Source: Balanoglossus misakiensis
Taxonomy: Eukaryota > Animalia > Hemichordata
Assembly: GCA_040954595.2 (NCBI GenBank)
Contig: CM082586.2
Coordinates: forward strand, 4,822,509 to 4,886,508
Direction of reading: 5' to 3'
DNA length: 64,000 bases
Position numbers and translations under genes: made by a program. This document shows, piece by piece, positions 1 through 14,594 of the stretch. Each line of letters opens with the position of its first letter. The stretch's first letter is position 1. Below the pieces are notes generated by a model. The model saw only the letters and a program-made list of their open reading frames with translations, was not told the origin of the DNA and made no database searches.

Positions 1-3000
1 CATTTTTCGACTTTGGGAATTTTCAAAATTTGGTCATTTTTTGATAAAAACCATGGGTTATAGCTCAGGAAAATCGCGAAAAATCGACCATTTTTCGACT
101 TTGGGAATTTTCAAAATTTGGTCATTTTTTGATAAAAACCATGGGTTATAGCTCAGGAAAATCGCGAAAAATCGACCATTTTTCGACTTTGGGAATTTTC
201 AAAATTTGGTCATTTTTTGATAAAAACCATGGGTTATAGCTCAGGAAAATCGCGAAAAATCGACCATTTTTCGACTTTGGGAATTTTCAAAATTTGGTCA
301 TTTTTTGATAAAAACCATGGGTTATAGCTCAGGAAAATCGCGAAAAATCGACCATTTTTCGACTTTGGGAATTTTCAAAATTTGGTCATTTTTTGATAAA
401 AACCATGGGTTATAGCTCAGGAAAATCGCGAAAAATCGACCATTTTTCGACTTTGGGAATTTTCAAAATTTGGTCATTTTTTGATAAAAACCATGGGTTA
501 TAGCTCAGGAAAATCGCGAAAAATCGACCATTTTTCGACTTTGGGAATTTTCAAAATTTGGTCATTTTTTGATAAAAACCATGGGTTATAGCTCAGGAAA
601 ATCGCGAAAAATCGACCATTTTTCGACTTTGGGAATTTTCAAAATTTGGTCATTTTTTGATAAAAACCATGGGTTATAGCTCAGGAAAATCGCGAAAAAT
701 CGACCATTTTTCGACTTTGGGAATTTTCAAAATTTGGTCATTTTTTGATAAAAACCATGGGTTATAGCTCAGGAAAATCGCGAAAAATCGACCATTTTTC
801 GACTTTGGGAATTTTCAAAATTTGGTCATTTTTTGATAAAAACCATGGGTTATAGCTCAGGAAAATCGCGAAAAATCGACCATTTTTCGACTTTGGGAAT
901 TTTCAAAATTTGGTCATTTTTTGATAAAAACCATGGGTTATAGCTCAGGAAAATCGCGAAAAATCGACCATTTTTCGACTTTGGGAATTTTCAAAATTTG
1001 GTCATATTTTGATAAAAACCATGGGTTATAGCTCAGGAAAATCGCGAAAAATCGACCATTTTTCGACTTTGGGAATTTTCAAAATTTGGTCATATTTTGA
1101 TAAAAACCATGGGTTATAGCTCAGGAAAATCGCGAAAAATCGACCATTTTTCGACTTTGGGAATTTTCAAAGTTTGGTCATTTTTTGATAAAAACCATGG
1201 GTTATAGCTCAGGAAAATCGCGAAAAATCGACCATTTTTCGACTTTGGGAATTTTCAAAGTTTGGTCATTTTTTGATAAAAACCATGGGTTATAGCTCAG
1301 GAAAATCGCGAAAAATCGACCATTTTTCGACTTTGGGAATTTTCAAAATTTGGTCATTTTTTGATAAAAACCATGGGTTATAGCTCAGGAAAATCGCGAA
1401 AAATCGACCATTTTTCGACTTTGGGAATTTTCAAAATTTGGTCATTTTTTGATAAAAACCATGGGTTATAGCTCAGGAAAATCGCGAAAAATCGACCATT
1501 TTTCGACTTTGGGAATTTTCAAAATTTGGTCATTTTTTGATAAAAACCATGGGTTATAGCTCAGGAAAATCGCGAAAAATCGACCATTTTTCGAATTTGG
1601 GAATTTTCAAAATTTGGTCATTTTTTGATAAAAACCATGGGTTATAGCTCAGGAAAATCGCGAAAAATCGACCATTTTTCGACTTTGGGAATTTTCAAAA
1701 TTTGGTCATTTTTTGATAAAAACCATGGGTTATAGCTCAGGAAAATCGCGAAAAATCGACCATTTTTCGACTTTGGGAATTTTCAAAATTTGGTCATTTT
1801 TTGATAAAAACCATGGGTTATAGCTCAGGAAAATCGCGAAAAATCGACCATTTTTCGACTTTGGGAATTTTCAAAATTTGGTCATTTTTTGATAAAAACC
1901 ATGGGTTATAGCTCAGGAAAATCGCGAAAAATCGACCATTTTTCGACTTTGGGAATTTTCAAAATTTGGTCATTTTTTGATAAAAACCATGGGTTATAGC
2001 TCAGGAAAATCGCGAAAAATCGACCATTTTTCGACTTTGGGAATTTTCAAAATTTGGTCATTTTTTGATAAAAACCATGGGTTATAGCTCAGGAAAATCG
2101 CGAAAAATCGACCATTTTTCGACTTTGGGAATTTTCAAAATTTGGTCATTTTTTGATAAAAACCATGGGTTATAGCTCAGGAAAATCGCGAAAAATCGAC
2201 CATTTTTCGACTTTGGGAATTTTCAAAATTTGGTCATATTTTGATAAAAACCATGGGTTATAGCTCAGGAAAATCGCGAAAAATCGACCATTTTTCGACT
2301 TTGGGAATTTTAAAAATTTGGTCATTTTTTGATAAAAACCATGGGTTATAGCTCAGGAAAATCGCGAAAAATCGACCATTTTTCGACTTTGGGAATTTTC
2401 AAAGTTTGGTCATTTTTTGATAAAAACCATGGGTTATAGCTCAGGAAAATCGCGAAAAATCGACCATTTTTCGACTTTGGGAATTTTCAAAATTTGGTCA
2501 TTTTTTGATAAAAACCATGGGTTATAGCTCAGGAAAATCGCGAAAAATCGACCATTTTTCGACTTTGGGAATTTTGAAAATTTGGTCATTTTTTGATAAA
2601 AACCATGGGTTATAGCTCAGGAAAATCCCGAAAAATCGACCATTTTTCGACTTTGGGAATTTTCAAAATTTGGTCATTTTTTCATAAAAACCATGGGTTA
2701 TAGCTCAGGAAAATCGCGAAAAATCGACCATTTTTCGACTTTGGGAATTTTCAAAATTTGGTCATTTTTTCATAAAAACCATGGGTTATAGCTCAGGAAA
2801 ATCCCGAAAAATCGACTATTTTTCGACTTTGGGAATTTTCAAAATTTGGTCATTTTTTCATAAAAACCATGGGTTATAGCTCAGTAAAATCCCGAAAAAT
2901 CGACCATTTTTCGACTTTGGGAATTTTCAAAATTTGGTCATTTTTTAACAAAAACCATGGGTTATAGCTCAGGAAAATCCCGAAAAATCGACCATTTTTC

Positions 3001-6000
3001 GACTTTGGGAATTTTGAAAATTTGGTCATTTTTTGACAAAAACCATGGGTTATAGCTCAGGAAAATCGCGAAAAATCGACCATTTTTCGACTTTGGGAAT
3101 TTTCAAAATTTGGTCATTTTTTGATAAAAACCATGGGTTATAGCTCAGGAAAATCGCGAAAAATCGACCATTTTTCTACTTTGGGAATTTTCAAAATTTG
3201 GTCATTTTTTGATAAAAACCATGGGTTATAGCTCAGGAAAATCGCGAAAAATCGACCATTTTTCGACTTTGGGAATTTTCAAAATTTGGTCATTTTTTGA
3301 TAAAAACCATGGGTTATAGCTCAGAAAAATCGCGAAAAATCGACCATTTTTCGACTTTGGGAATTTTCAAAATTTGGTCATTTTTTGATAAAAACCATGG
3401 GTTATAGCTCAGGAAAATCGCGAAAAATCGACCATTTTTCGACTTTGGGAATTTTCAAAATTTGGTCATTTTTTGATAAAAACCATGGGTTATAGCTCAG
3501 GAAAATCGCGAAAAATCGACCATTTTTCGACTTTGGGAATTTTGAAAATTTGGTCATTTTTTGATAAAAACCATGGGTTATAGCTCAGGAAAATCGCAAA
3601 AAATCGACCATTTTTCGACTTTGGGAATTTTGAAAATTTGGTCATTTTTTGATAAAAACCATGGGTTATAGCTCAGGAAAATCGCGAAAAATCGACCATT
3701 TTTCGACTTTGGAAATTTTGAAAATTTGGTCATTTTTTGATAAAAACCATGGGTTATAGCTCAGGAAAATCGCGAAAAATCGACCATTTTTCGACTTTGG
3801 GAATTTTGAAAATTTGGTCATTTTTTGATAAAAACCATGGGTTATAGCTCAGGAAAATCGCAAAAAATCGACCATTTTTCGACTTTGGGAATTTTGAAAA
3901 TTTGGTCATTTTTTGATAAAAACCATGGGTTATAGCTCAGGAAAATCGCGAAAAATCGACCATTTTTCGACTTTGGAAATTTTCAAAATTTGGTCATTTT
4001 TTGATAAAAACCATGGGTTATAGCTCAGGAAAATCGCGAAAAATCGACCATTTTTCGACTTTGGGAATTTTCAAAATTTGGTCATTTTTTGATAAAAACC
4101 ATGGGTTATAGCTCAGGAAAATCGCGAAAAATCGACCATTTTTCGACTTTGGGAATTTTCAAAATTTGGTCATTTTTTGATAAAAACCATGGGTTATAGC
4201 TCAGGAAAATCGCGAAAAATCGACCATTTTTCGACTTTGGGAATTTTCAAAATTTGGTCATTTTTTGATAAAAACCATGGGTTATAGCTCAGGAAAATCG
4301 CGAAAAATCGACCATTTTTCGACTTTGGGAATTTTCAAAATTTGGTCATTTTTTGATAAAAACCATGGGTTATAGCTCAGGAAAATCGCAAAAAATCAAC
4401 CATTTTTCGACTTTGGGAATTTTCAAAATTTGGTCATTTTTTGATAAAAACCATGGGTTATAGCTCAGGAAAATCGCGAAAAATCGACCATTTTTCGACT
4501 TTGGGAATTTTCAAAATTTGGTCATTTTTTGATAAAAACCATGGGTTATAGCTCAGGAAAATCGCGAAAAATCGACCATTTTTCGACTTTGGGAATTTTC
4601 AAAATTTGGTCATTTTTTGATAAAAACCATGGGTTATAGCTCAGGAAAATCGCGAAAAATCGACCATTTTTCGACTTTGGGAATTTTCAAAATTTGGTCA
4701 TTTTTTGATAAAAACCATGGGTTATAGCTCAGGAAAATCGCGAAAAATCGACCATTTTTCGACTTTGGGAATTTTCAAAATTTGGTCATTTTTTGATAAA
4801 AACCATGGGTTATAGCTCAGGAAAATCGCGAAAAATCGACCATTTTTCGACTTTGGGAATTTTCAAAATTTGGTCATTTTTTGATAAAAACCATGGGTTA
4901 TAGCTCAGGAAAATCGCGAAAAATCGACCATTTTTCGACTTTGGGAATTTTCAAAATTTGGTCATTTTTTGATAAAAACCATGGGTTATAGCTCAGGAAA
5001 ATCGCGAAAAATCGACCATTTTTCGACTTTGGGAATTTTCAAAATTTGGTCATTTTTTGATAAAAACCATGGGTTATAGCTCAGGAAAATCGCGAAAAAT
5101 CGACCATTTTTCGACTTTGGGAATTTTCAAAATTTGGTCATATTTTGATAAAAACCATGGGTTATAGCTCAGGAAAATCGCGAAAAATCGACCATTTTTC
5201 GACTTTGGGAATTTTCAAAATTTGGTCATTTTTTGATAAAAACCATGGGTTATAGCTCAGGAAAATCGCGAAAAATCGACCATTTTTCGACTTTGGGAAT
5301 TTTCAAAATTTGGTCATTTTTTGATAAAAACCATGGGTTATAGCTCAGGAAAATCGCGAAAAATCGACCATTTTTCGACTTTGGGAATTTTCAAAATTTG
5401 GTCATTTTTTGAGAAAAAACATGGGTTATAGCTCAGGAAAATCGCGAAAAATCGACCATTTTTCGACTTTGGGAATTTTCAAAATTTGGTCATTTTTTGA
5501 TAAAAACCATGGGTTATAGCTCAGGAAAATCGCGAAAAATCGACCATTTTTCGACTTTGGGAATTTTCAAAATTTGGTCATTTTTTGATAAAAACCATGG
5601 GTTATAGCTCAGGAAAATCGCGAAAAATCGACCATTTTTCGACTTTGGGAATTTTCAAAATTTGGTCATTTTTTGATAAAAACCATGGGTTATAGCTCAG
5701 GAAAATCGCGAAAAATCGACCATTTTTCGACTTTGGGAATTTTCAAAATTTGGTCATTTTTTAATAAAAACCATGGGTTATAGCTCAGGAAAATCCCGAA
5801 AAATCGACCATTTTTCGACTTTGGGAATTTTCAAAATTTGGTCATTTTTTCATAAAAACCATGGGTTATAGCTCAGGAAAATCACGAAAAATCGACCATT
5901 TTTCGACTTTGGGAATTTTCAAAATTTGGTCATTTTTTCATAAAAACCATGGGTTATAGCTCAGGAAAATCGCGAAAAATCGACCATTTTTCGACTTTGG

Positions 6001-9000
6001 GAATTTTCATAATTTGGTCATTTTTTCATAAAAACCATGGGTTATAGCTCAGGAAAATCCCGAAAAATCGACCATTTTTCGACTTTGGGAATTTTCAAAA
6101 TTTGGTCATTTTTTCATAAAAACCATGGGTTATAGCTCAGGAAAATCGCGAAAAATCGACCATTTTTCGACTTTGGGAATTTTCAAAATTTGGTCATTTT
6201 TTCATAAAAACCATGGGTTATGGCTCAGGAAAATCCCGAAAAATCGACCATTTTTCGACTTTGGGAATTTTGAAAATTTGGTCATTTTTTGATAAAAACC
6301 ATGGGTTATAGCTCAGGAAAATCGCGAAAAATCGACCATTTTTCGACTTTGGGAATTTTCAAAATTTGGTCATTTTTTGATAAAAACCATGGGTTATAGC
6401 TCAGGAAAATCGCGAAAAATCGACCATTTTTCGACTTTGGGAATTTTCAAAATTTGGTCATTTTTTGATAAAAACCATGGGTTATAGCTCAGGAAAATCG
6501 CGAAAAATCGACCATTTTTCGACTTTGGGAATTTTCAAAATTTGGTCATTTTTTGATAAAAACCATGGGTTATAGCTCAGGAAAATCGCGAAAAATCGAC
6601 CATTTTTCGACTTTGGGAATTTTCAAAATTTGGTCATTTTTTGATAAAAACCATGGGTTATAGCTCAGGAAAATCGCGAAAAATCGACCATTTTTCGACT
6701 TTGGGAATTTTCAAAATTTGGTCATTTTTTGATAAAAACCATGGGTTATAGCTCAGGAAAATCGCGAAAAATCGACCATTTTTCGACTTTGGGAATTTTC
6801 AAAATTTGGTCATTTTTTGATAAAAACCATGGGTTATAGCTCAGGAAAATCGCGAAAAATCGACCATTTTTCGACTTTGGGAATTTTCAAAATTTGGTCA
6901 TTTTTTGATAAAAACCATGGGTTATAGCTCAGGAAAATCGCGAAAAATCGACCATTTTTCGACTTTGGGAATTTTCAAAATTTGGTCATTTTTTGATAAA
7001 AACCATGGGTTATAGCTCAGGAAAATCGCGAAAAATCGACCATTTTTCGACTTTGGGAATTTTCAAAATTTGGTCATTTTTTGATAAAAACCATGGGTTA
7101 TAGCTCAGGAAAATCGCAAAAAATCAACCATTTTTCGACTTTGGGAATTTTCAAAATTTGGTCATTTTTTGATAAAAACCATGGGTTATAGCTCAGGAAA
7201 ATCGCGAAAAATCGACCATTTTTCGACTTTGGGAATTTTCAAAATTTGGTCATTTTTTGATAAAAACCATGGGTTATAGCTCAGGAAAATCGCGAAAAAT
7301 CGACCATTTTTCGACTTTGGGAATTTTCAAAATTTGGTCATTTTTTGATAAAAACCATGGGTTATAGCTCAGGAAAATCGCGAAAAATCGACCATTTTTC
7401 GACTTTGGGAATTTTCAAAATTTGGTCATTTTTTGATAAAAACCATGGGTTATAGCTCAGGAAAATCGCGAAAAATCGACCATTTTTCGACTTTGGGAAT
7501 TTTCAAAATTTGGTCATTTTTTGATAAAAACCATGGGTTATAGCTCAGGAAAATCGCGAAAAATCGACCATTTTTCGACTTTGGGAATTTTCAAAATTTG
7601 GTCATTTTTTGATAAAAACCATGGGTTATAGCTCAGGAAAATCGCGAAAAATCGACCATTTTTCGACTTTGGGAATTTTCAAAATTTGGTCATTTTTTGA
7701 TAAAAACCATGGGTTATAGCTCAGGAAAATCGCGAAAAATCGACCATTTTTCGACTTTGGGAATTTTCAAAATTTGGTCATTTTTTGATAAAAACCATGG
7801 GTTATAGCTCAGGAAAATCGCGAAAAATCGACCATTTTTCGACTTTGGGAATTTTCAAAATTTGGTCATATTTTGATAAAAACCATGGGTTATAGCTCAG
7901 GAAAATCGCGAAAAATCGACCATTTTTCGACTTTGGGAATTTTCAAAATTTGGTCATTTTTTGATAAAAACCATGGGTTATAGCTCAGGAAAATCGCGAA
8001 AAATCGACCATTTTTCGACTTTGGGAATTTTCAAAATTTGGTCATTTTTTGATAAAAACCATGGGTTATAGCTCAGGAAAATCGCGAAAAATCGACCATT
8101 TTTCGACTTTGGGAATTTTCAAAATTTGGTCATTTTTTGAGAAAAAACATGGGTTATAGCTCAGGAAAATCGCGAAAAATCGACCATTTTTCGACTTTGG
8201 GAATTTTCAAAATTTGGTCATTTTTTGATAAAAACCATGGGTTATAGCTCAGGAAAATCGCGAAAAATCGACCATTTTTCGACTTTGGGAATTTTCAAAA
8301 TTTGGTCATTTTTTGATAAAAACCATGGGTTATAGCTCAGGAAAATCGCGAAAAATCGACCATTTTTCGACTTTGGGAATTTTCAAAATTTGGTCATTTT
8401 TTGATAAAAACCATGGGTTATAGCTCAGGAAAATCGCGAAAAATCGACCATTTTTCGACTTTGGGAATTTTCAAAATTTGGTCATTTTTTAATAAAAACC
8501 ATGGGTTATAGCTCAGGAAAATCCCGAAAAATCGACCATTTTTCGACTTTGGGAATTTTCAAAATTTGGTCATTTTTTCATAAAAACCATGGGTTATAGC
8601 TCAGGAAAATCACGAAAAATCGACCATTTTTCGACTTTGGGAATTTTCAAAATTTGGTCATTTTTTCATAAAAACCATGGGTTATAGCTCAGGAAAATCG
8701 CGAAAAATCGACCATTTTTCGACTTTGGGAATTTTCATAATTTGGTCATTTTTTCATAAAAACCATGGGTTATAGCTCAGGAAAATCCCGAAAAATCGAC
8801 CATTTTTCGACTTTGGGAATTTTCAAAATTTGGTCATTTTTTCATAAAAACCATGGGTTATAGCTCAGGAAAATCGCGAAAAATCGACCATTTTTCGACT
8901 TTGGGAATTTTCAAAATTTGGTCATTTTTTCATAAAAACCATGGGTTATGGCTCAGGAAAATCCCGAAAAATCGACCATTTTTCGACTTTGGGAATTTTG

Positions 9001-12000
9001 AAAATTTGGTCATTTTTTGATAAAAACCATGGGTTATAGCTCAGGAAAATCGCGAAAAATCGACCATTTTTCGACTTTGGGAATTTTCAAAATTTGGTCA
9101 TTTTTTGATAAAAACCATGGGTTATAGCTCAGGAAAATCGCGAAAAATCGACCATTTTTCGACTTTGGGAATTTTCAAAATTTGGTCATTTTTTGATAAA
9201 AACCATGGGTTATAGCTCAGGAAAATCGCGAAAAATCGACCATTTTTCGACTTTGGGAATTTTCAAAATTTGGTCATTTTTTGATAAAAACCATGGGTTA
9301 TAGCTCAGGAAAATCGCGAAAAATCGACCATTTTTCGACTTTGGGAATTTTCAAAATTTGGTCATTTTTTGATAAAAACCATGGGTTATAGCTCAGGAAA
9401 ATCGCGAAAAATCGACCATTTTTCGACTTTGGGAATTTTCAAAATTTGGTCATTTTTTGATAAAAACCATGGGTTATAGCTCAGGAAAATCGCGAAAAAT
9501 CGATCATTTTTCGACTTTGGGAATTTTCAAAATTTGGTCATTTTTTCATAAAAACCATGGGTTATAGCTCAGGAAAATCGCGAAAAATCGACCATTTTTC
9601 GACTTTGGGAATTTTCAAAATTTGGTCATTTTTTGATAAAAACCATGGGTTATAGCTCAGGAAAATCGCGAAAAATCGACCATTTTTCGACTTTGGGAAT
9701 TTTCAAAATTTGGTAATTTTTTGATAAAAACCATGGGTTATAGCTCAGGAAAATCGCGAAAAATCGACCATTTTTCGACTTTGGGAATTTTCAAAATTTG
9801 GTCATTTTTTGATAAAAACCATGGGTTATAGCTCAGGAAAATCGCGAAAAATCGACCATTTTTCGACTTTGGGAATTTTCAAAATTTGGTCATTTTTTGA
9901 TAAAAACCATGGGTTATAGCTCAGGAAAATCGCGAAAAATCGACCATTTTTCGACTTTGGGATTTTTCAAAATTTGGTCATATTTTGATAAAAACCATGG
10001 GTTATAGCTCAGGAAAATCGCGAAAAATCGACCATTTTTCGACTTTGGGAATTTTCAAAATTTGGTCATTTTTTGATAAAAACCATGGGTTATAGCTCAG
10101 GAAAATCGCGAAAAATCGACCATTTTTCGACTTTGGGAATTTTCAAAATTTGGTCATTTTTTGATAAAAACCATGGGTTATAGCTCAGGAAAATCGCGAA
10201 AAATCGACCATTTTTCGACTTTGGGAATTTTCAAAATTTGGTCATTTTTTGATAAAAACCATGGGTTATAGCTCAGGAAAATCGCGAAAAATCGACCATT
10301 TTTCGACTTTGGGAATTTTCAAAATTTGGTCATTTTTTGATAAAAACCATGGGTTATAGCTCAGGAAAATCGCGAAAAATCGACCTTTTTTCGACTTTGG
10401 GAATTTTCAAAATTTGGTCATTTTTTGATAAAAACCATGGGTTATAGCTCAGGAAAATCGCGAAAAATCGACCATTTTTCGACTTTGGGAATTTTGAAAA
10501 TTTGGTCATTTTTTGATAAAAACCATGGGTTATAGCTCAGGAAAATCGCGAAAAATCGACCATTTTTCGACTTTGGGAATTTTCAAAATTTGGTCATTTT
10601 TTGATAAAAACCATGGGTTATAGCTCAGGAAAATCGCGAAAAATCGACCATTTTTCGACTTTGGGAATTTTCAAAATTTGGTCATTTTTTGATAAAAACC
10701 ATGGGTTATAGCTCAGGAAAATCGCGAAAAATCGACCATTTTTCGACTTTGGGAATTTTCAAAATTTGGTCATTTTTTGATAAAAACCATGGGTTATAGC
10801 TCAGGAAAATCGCGAAAAATCGACCATTTTTCGACTTTGGGAATTTTCAAAATTTGGTCATTTTTTAATAAAAACCATGGGTTATAGCTCAGGAAAATCC
10901 CGAAAAATCGACCATTTTTCGACTTTGGGAATTTTCAAAATTTGGTCATTTTTTCATAAAAACCATGGGTTATAGCTCAGGAAAATCACGAAAAATCGAC
11001 CATTTTTCGACTTTGGGAATTTTCAAAATTTGGTCATTTTTTGATAAAAACCATGGGTTATAGCTCAGGAAAATCGCGAAAAATCGACCATTTTTCGACT
11101 TTGGGAATTTTCATAATTTGGTCATTTTTTCATAAAAACCATGGGTTATAGCTCAGGAAAATCCCGAAAAATCGACCATTTTTCGACTTTGGGAATTTTC
11201 AAAATTTGGTCATTTTTTAATAAAAACCATGGGTTATAGGTCAGGAAAATCCCGAAAAATCGACCATTTTTCGACTTTGGGAATTTTCAAAATTTGGTCA
11301 TTTTTTAATAAAAACCATGGGTTATAGCTCAGGAAAATCCCGAAAAATCGACCATTTTTCGACTTTGGGAATTTTCAAAATTTGGTCATTTTTTCATAAA
11401 AACCATGGGTTATAGCTCAGGAAAATCGCGAAAAATCGACCATTTTTCGACTTTGGGAATTTTCAAAATTTGGTCATTTTTTCATAAAAACCATGGGTTA
11501 TGGCTCAGGAAAATCCCGAAAAATCGACCATTTTTCGACTTTGGGAATTTTGAAAATTTGGTCATTTTTTGATAAAAACCATGGGTTATAGCTCAGGAAA
11601 ATCGCGAAAAATCGACCATTTTTCGACTTTGGGAATTTTCAAAATTTGGTCATTTTTTGATAAAAACCATGGGTTATAGCTCAGGAAAATCGCGAAAAAT
11701 CGACCATTTTTCGACTTTGGGAATTTTCAAAATTTGGTCATTTTTTGATAAAAACCATGGGTTATAGCTCAGGAAAATCGCGAAAAATCGACCATTTTTC
11801 GACTTTGGGAATTTTCAAAATTTGGTCATTTTTTGATAAAAACCATGGGTTATAGCTCAGGAAAATCGCGAAAAATCGACCATTTTTCGACTTTGGGAAT
11901 TTTCAAAATTTGGTCATTTTTTGATAAAAACCATGGGTTATAGCTCAGGAAAATCGCGAAAAATCGACCATTTTTCGACTTTGGGAATTTTCAAAATTTG

Positions 12001-14594
12001 GTCATTTTTTGATAAAAACCATGGGTTATAGCTCAGGAAAATCGCGAAAAATCGATCATTTTTCGACTTTGGGAATTTTCAAAATTTGGTCATTTTTTCA
12101 TAAAAACCATGGGTTATAGCTCAGGAAAATCGCGAAAAATCGACCATTTTTCGACTTTGGGAATTTTCAAAATTTGGTCATTTTTTCATAAAAACCATGG
12201 GTTATAGCTCAGGAAAATCGCGAAAAATCGACCATTTTTCGACTTTGGGAATTTTCAAAATTTGGTCATTTTTTGATAAAAACCATGGGTTATAGCTCAG
12301 GAAAATCGCGAAAAATCGACCATTTTTCGACTTTGGGAATTTTGAAAATTTGGTCATTTTTTGATAAAAACCATGGGTTATAGCTCAGGAAAATCGCGAA
12401 AAATCGACCATTTTTCGACTTTGGGAATTTTCAAAATTTGGTCATTTTTTGATAAAAACCATGGGTTATAGCTCAGGAAAATCGCGAAAAATCGATCATT
12501 TTTCGACTTTGGGAATTTTCAAAATTTGGTCATTTTTTGATAAAAACCATGGGTTATAGCTCAGGAAAATCGCGAAAAATCGACCATTTTTCGACTTTGA
12601 GAATTTTCAAAATTTGGTCATTTTTTGATAAAAACCATGGGTTATAGCTCAGGAAAATCGCGAAAAATCGACCATTTTTCGACTTTGGGAATTTTCAAAA
12701 TTTGGTCATTTTTTAATAAAAACCATGGGTTATAGCTCAGGAAAATCCCGAAAAATCGACCATTTTTCGACTTTGGGAATTTTCAAAATTTGGTCATTTT
12801 TTCATAAAAACCATGGGTTATAGCTCAGGAAAATCACGAAAAATCGACCATTTTTCGACTTTGGGAATTTTCAAAATTTGGTCATTTTTTCATAAAAACC
12901 ATGGGTTATAGCTCAGGAAAATCGCGAAAAATCGACCATTTTTCGACTTTGGGAATTTTCATAATTTGGTCATTTTTTCATAAAAACCATGGGTTATAGC
13001 TCAGGAAAATCCCGAAAAATCGACCATTTTTCGACTTTGGGAATTTTCAAAATTTGGTCATTTTTTAATAAAAACCATGGGTTATAGGTCAGGAAAATCC
13101 CGAAAAATCGACCATTTTTCGACTTTGGGAATTTTCAAAATTTGGTCATTTTTTAATAAAAACCATGGGTTATAGCTCAGGAAAATCCCGAAAAATCGAC
13201 CATTTTTCGACTTTGGGAATTTTCAAAATTTGGTCATTTTTTCATAAAAACCATGGGTTATAGCTCAGGAAAATCGCGAAAAATCGACCATTTTTCGACT
13301 TTGGGAATTTTCAAAATTTGGTCATTTTTTCATAAAAACCATGGGTTATGGCTCAGGAAAATCCCGAAAAATCGACCATTTTTCGACTTTGGGAATTTTG
13401 AAAATTTGGTCATTTTTTGATAAAAACCATGGGTTATAGCTCAGGAAAATCGCGAAAAATCGACCATTTTTCGACTTTGGGAATTTTCAAAATTTGGTCA
13501 TTTTTTGATAAAAACCATGGGTTATAGCTCAGGAAAATCGCGAAAAATCGACCATTTTTCGACTTTGGGAATTTTCAAAATTTGGTCATTTTTTGATAAA
13601 AACCATGGGTTATAGCTCAGGAAAATCGCGAAAAATCGACCATTTTTCGACTTTGGGAATTTTCAAAATTTGGTCATTTTTTGATAAAAACCATGGGTTA
13701 TAGCTCAGGAAAATCGCGAAAAATCGACCATTTTTCGACTTTGGGAATTTTCAAAATTTGGTCATTTTTTGATAAAAACCATGGGTTATAGCTCAGGAAA
13801 ATCGCGAAAAATCGACCATTTTTCGACTTTGGGAATTTTAAAAATTTGGTCATTTTTTGATAAAAACCATGGGTTATAGCTCAGGAAAATCGCGAAAAAT
13901 CGATCATTTTTCGACTTTGGGAATTTTCAAAATTTGGTCATTTTTTCATAAAAACCATGGGTTATAGCTCAGGAAAATCGCGAAAAATCGACCATTTTTC
14001 GACTTTGGGAATTTTCAAAATTTGGTCATTTTTTCATAAAAACCATGGGTTATAGCTCAGGAAAATCGCGAAAAATCGACCATTTTTCGACTTTGGGAAT
14101 TTTCAAAATTTGGTCATTTTTTGATAAAAACCATGGGTTATAGCTCAGGAAAATCGCGAAAAATCGACCGTTTTTCGACTTTGGGAATTTTCAAAATTTG
14201 GTCATTTTTTGATAAAAACCATGGGTTATAGCTCAGGAAAATCGCGAAAAATCGACCATTTTTCGACTTTGGGAATTTTCAAAATTTGGTCATTTTTTGA
14301 TAAAAACCATGGGTTATAGCTCAGGAAAATCGCGAAAAATCGATCATTTTTCGACTTTGGGAATTTTCAAAATTTTGTCATTTTTTCATAAAAACCATGG
14401 GTTATAGCTCAGGAAAATCGCGAAAAATCGACCATTTTTCGACTTTGGGAATTTTCAAAATTTGGTCATTTTTTCATAAAAACCATGGGTTATAGCTCAG
14501 GAAAATCGCGAAAAATCTACCATTTTTCGACTTTGGGAATTTTCAAAATTTGGTCATTTTTTGATAAAAACCATGGGTTATAGCTCAGGAAAAT
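1..14594. repeat. 88-bp tandem satellite array, about 166 units, running off the left edge of the window
   Basis: Unit catttttcgactttgggaattttcaaaatttggtcattttttgataaaaaccatgggttatagctcaggaaaatcgcgaaaaatcgac recurs at 1, 89, ... 1321 (15x88) and 14521 (165x88), so phase is exact; only scattered substitutions. Ends at tagctcaggaaaat|gcaacagac. Confidence 0.99.

Noticed and set aside
1-14594. CRISPR array or coding repeat
   Set aside because: Units are contiguous with no unique spacers, the ORF track is empty here, and the context is eukaryotic.
1-14594. Telomere-derived repeat (GGGTTA in each unit)
   Set aside because: Only one hexamer per 88 bp and no (TTAGGG)n run.
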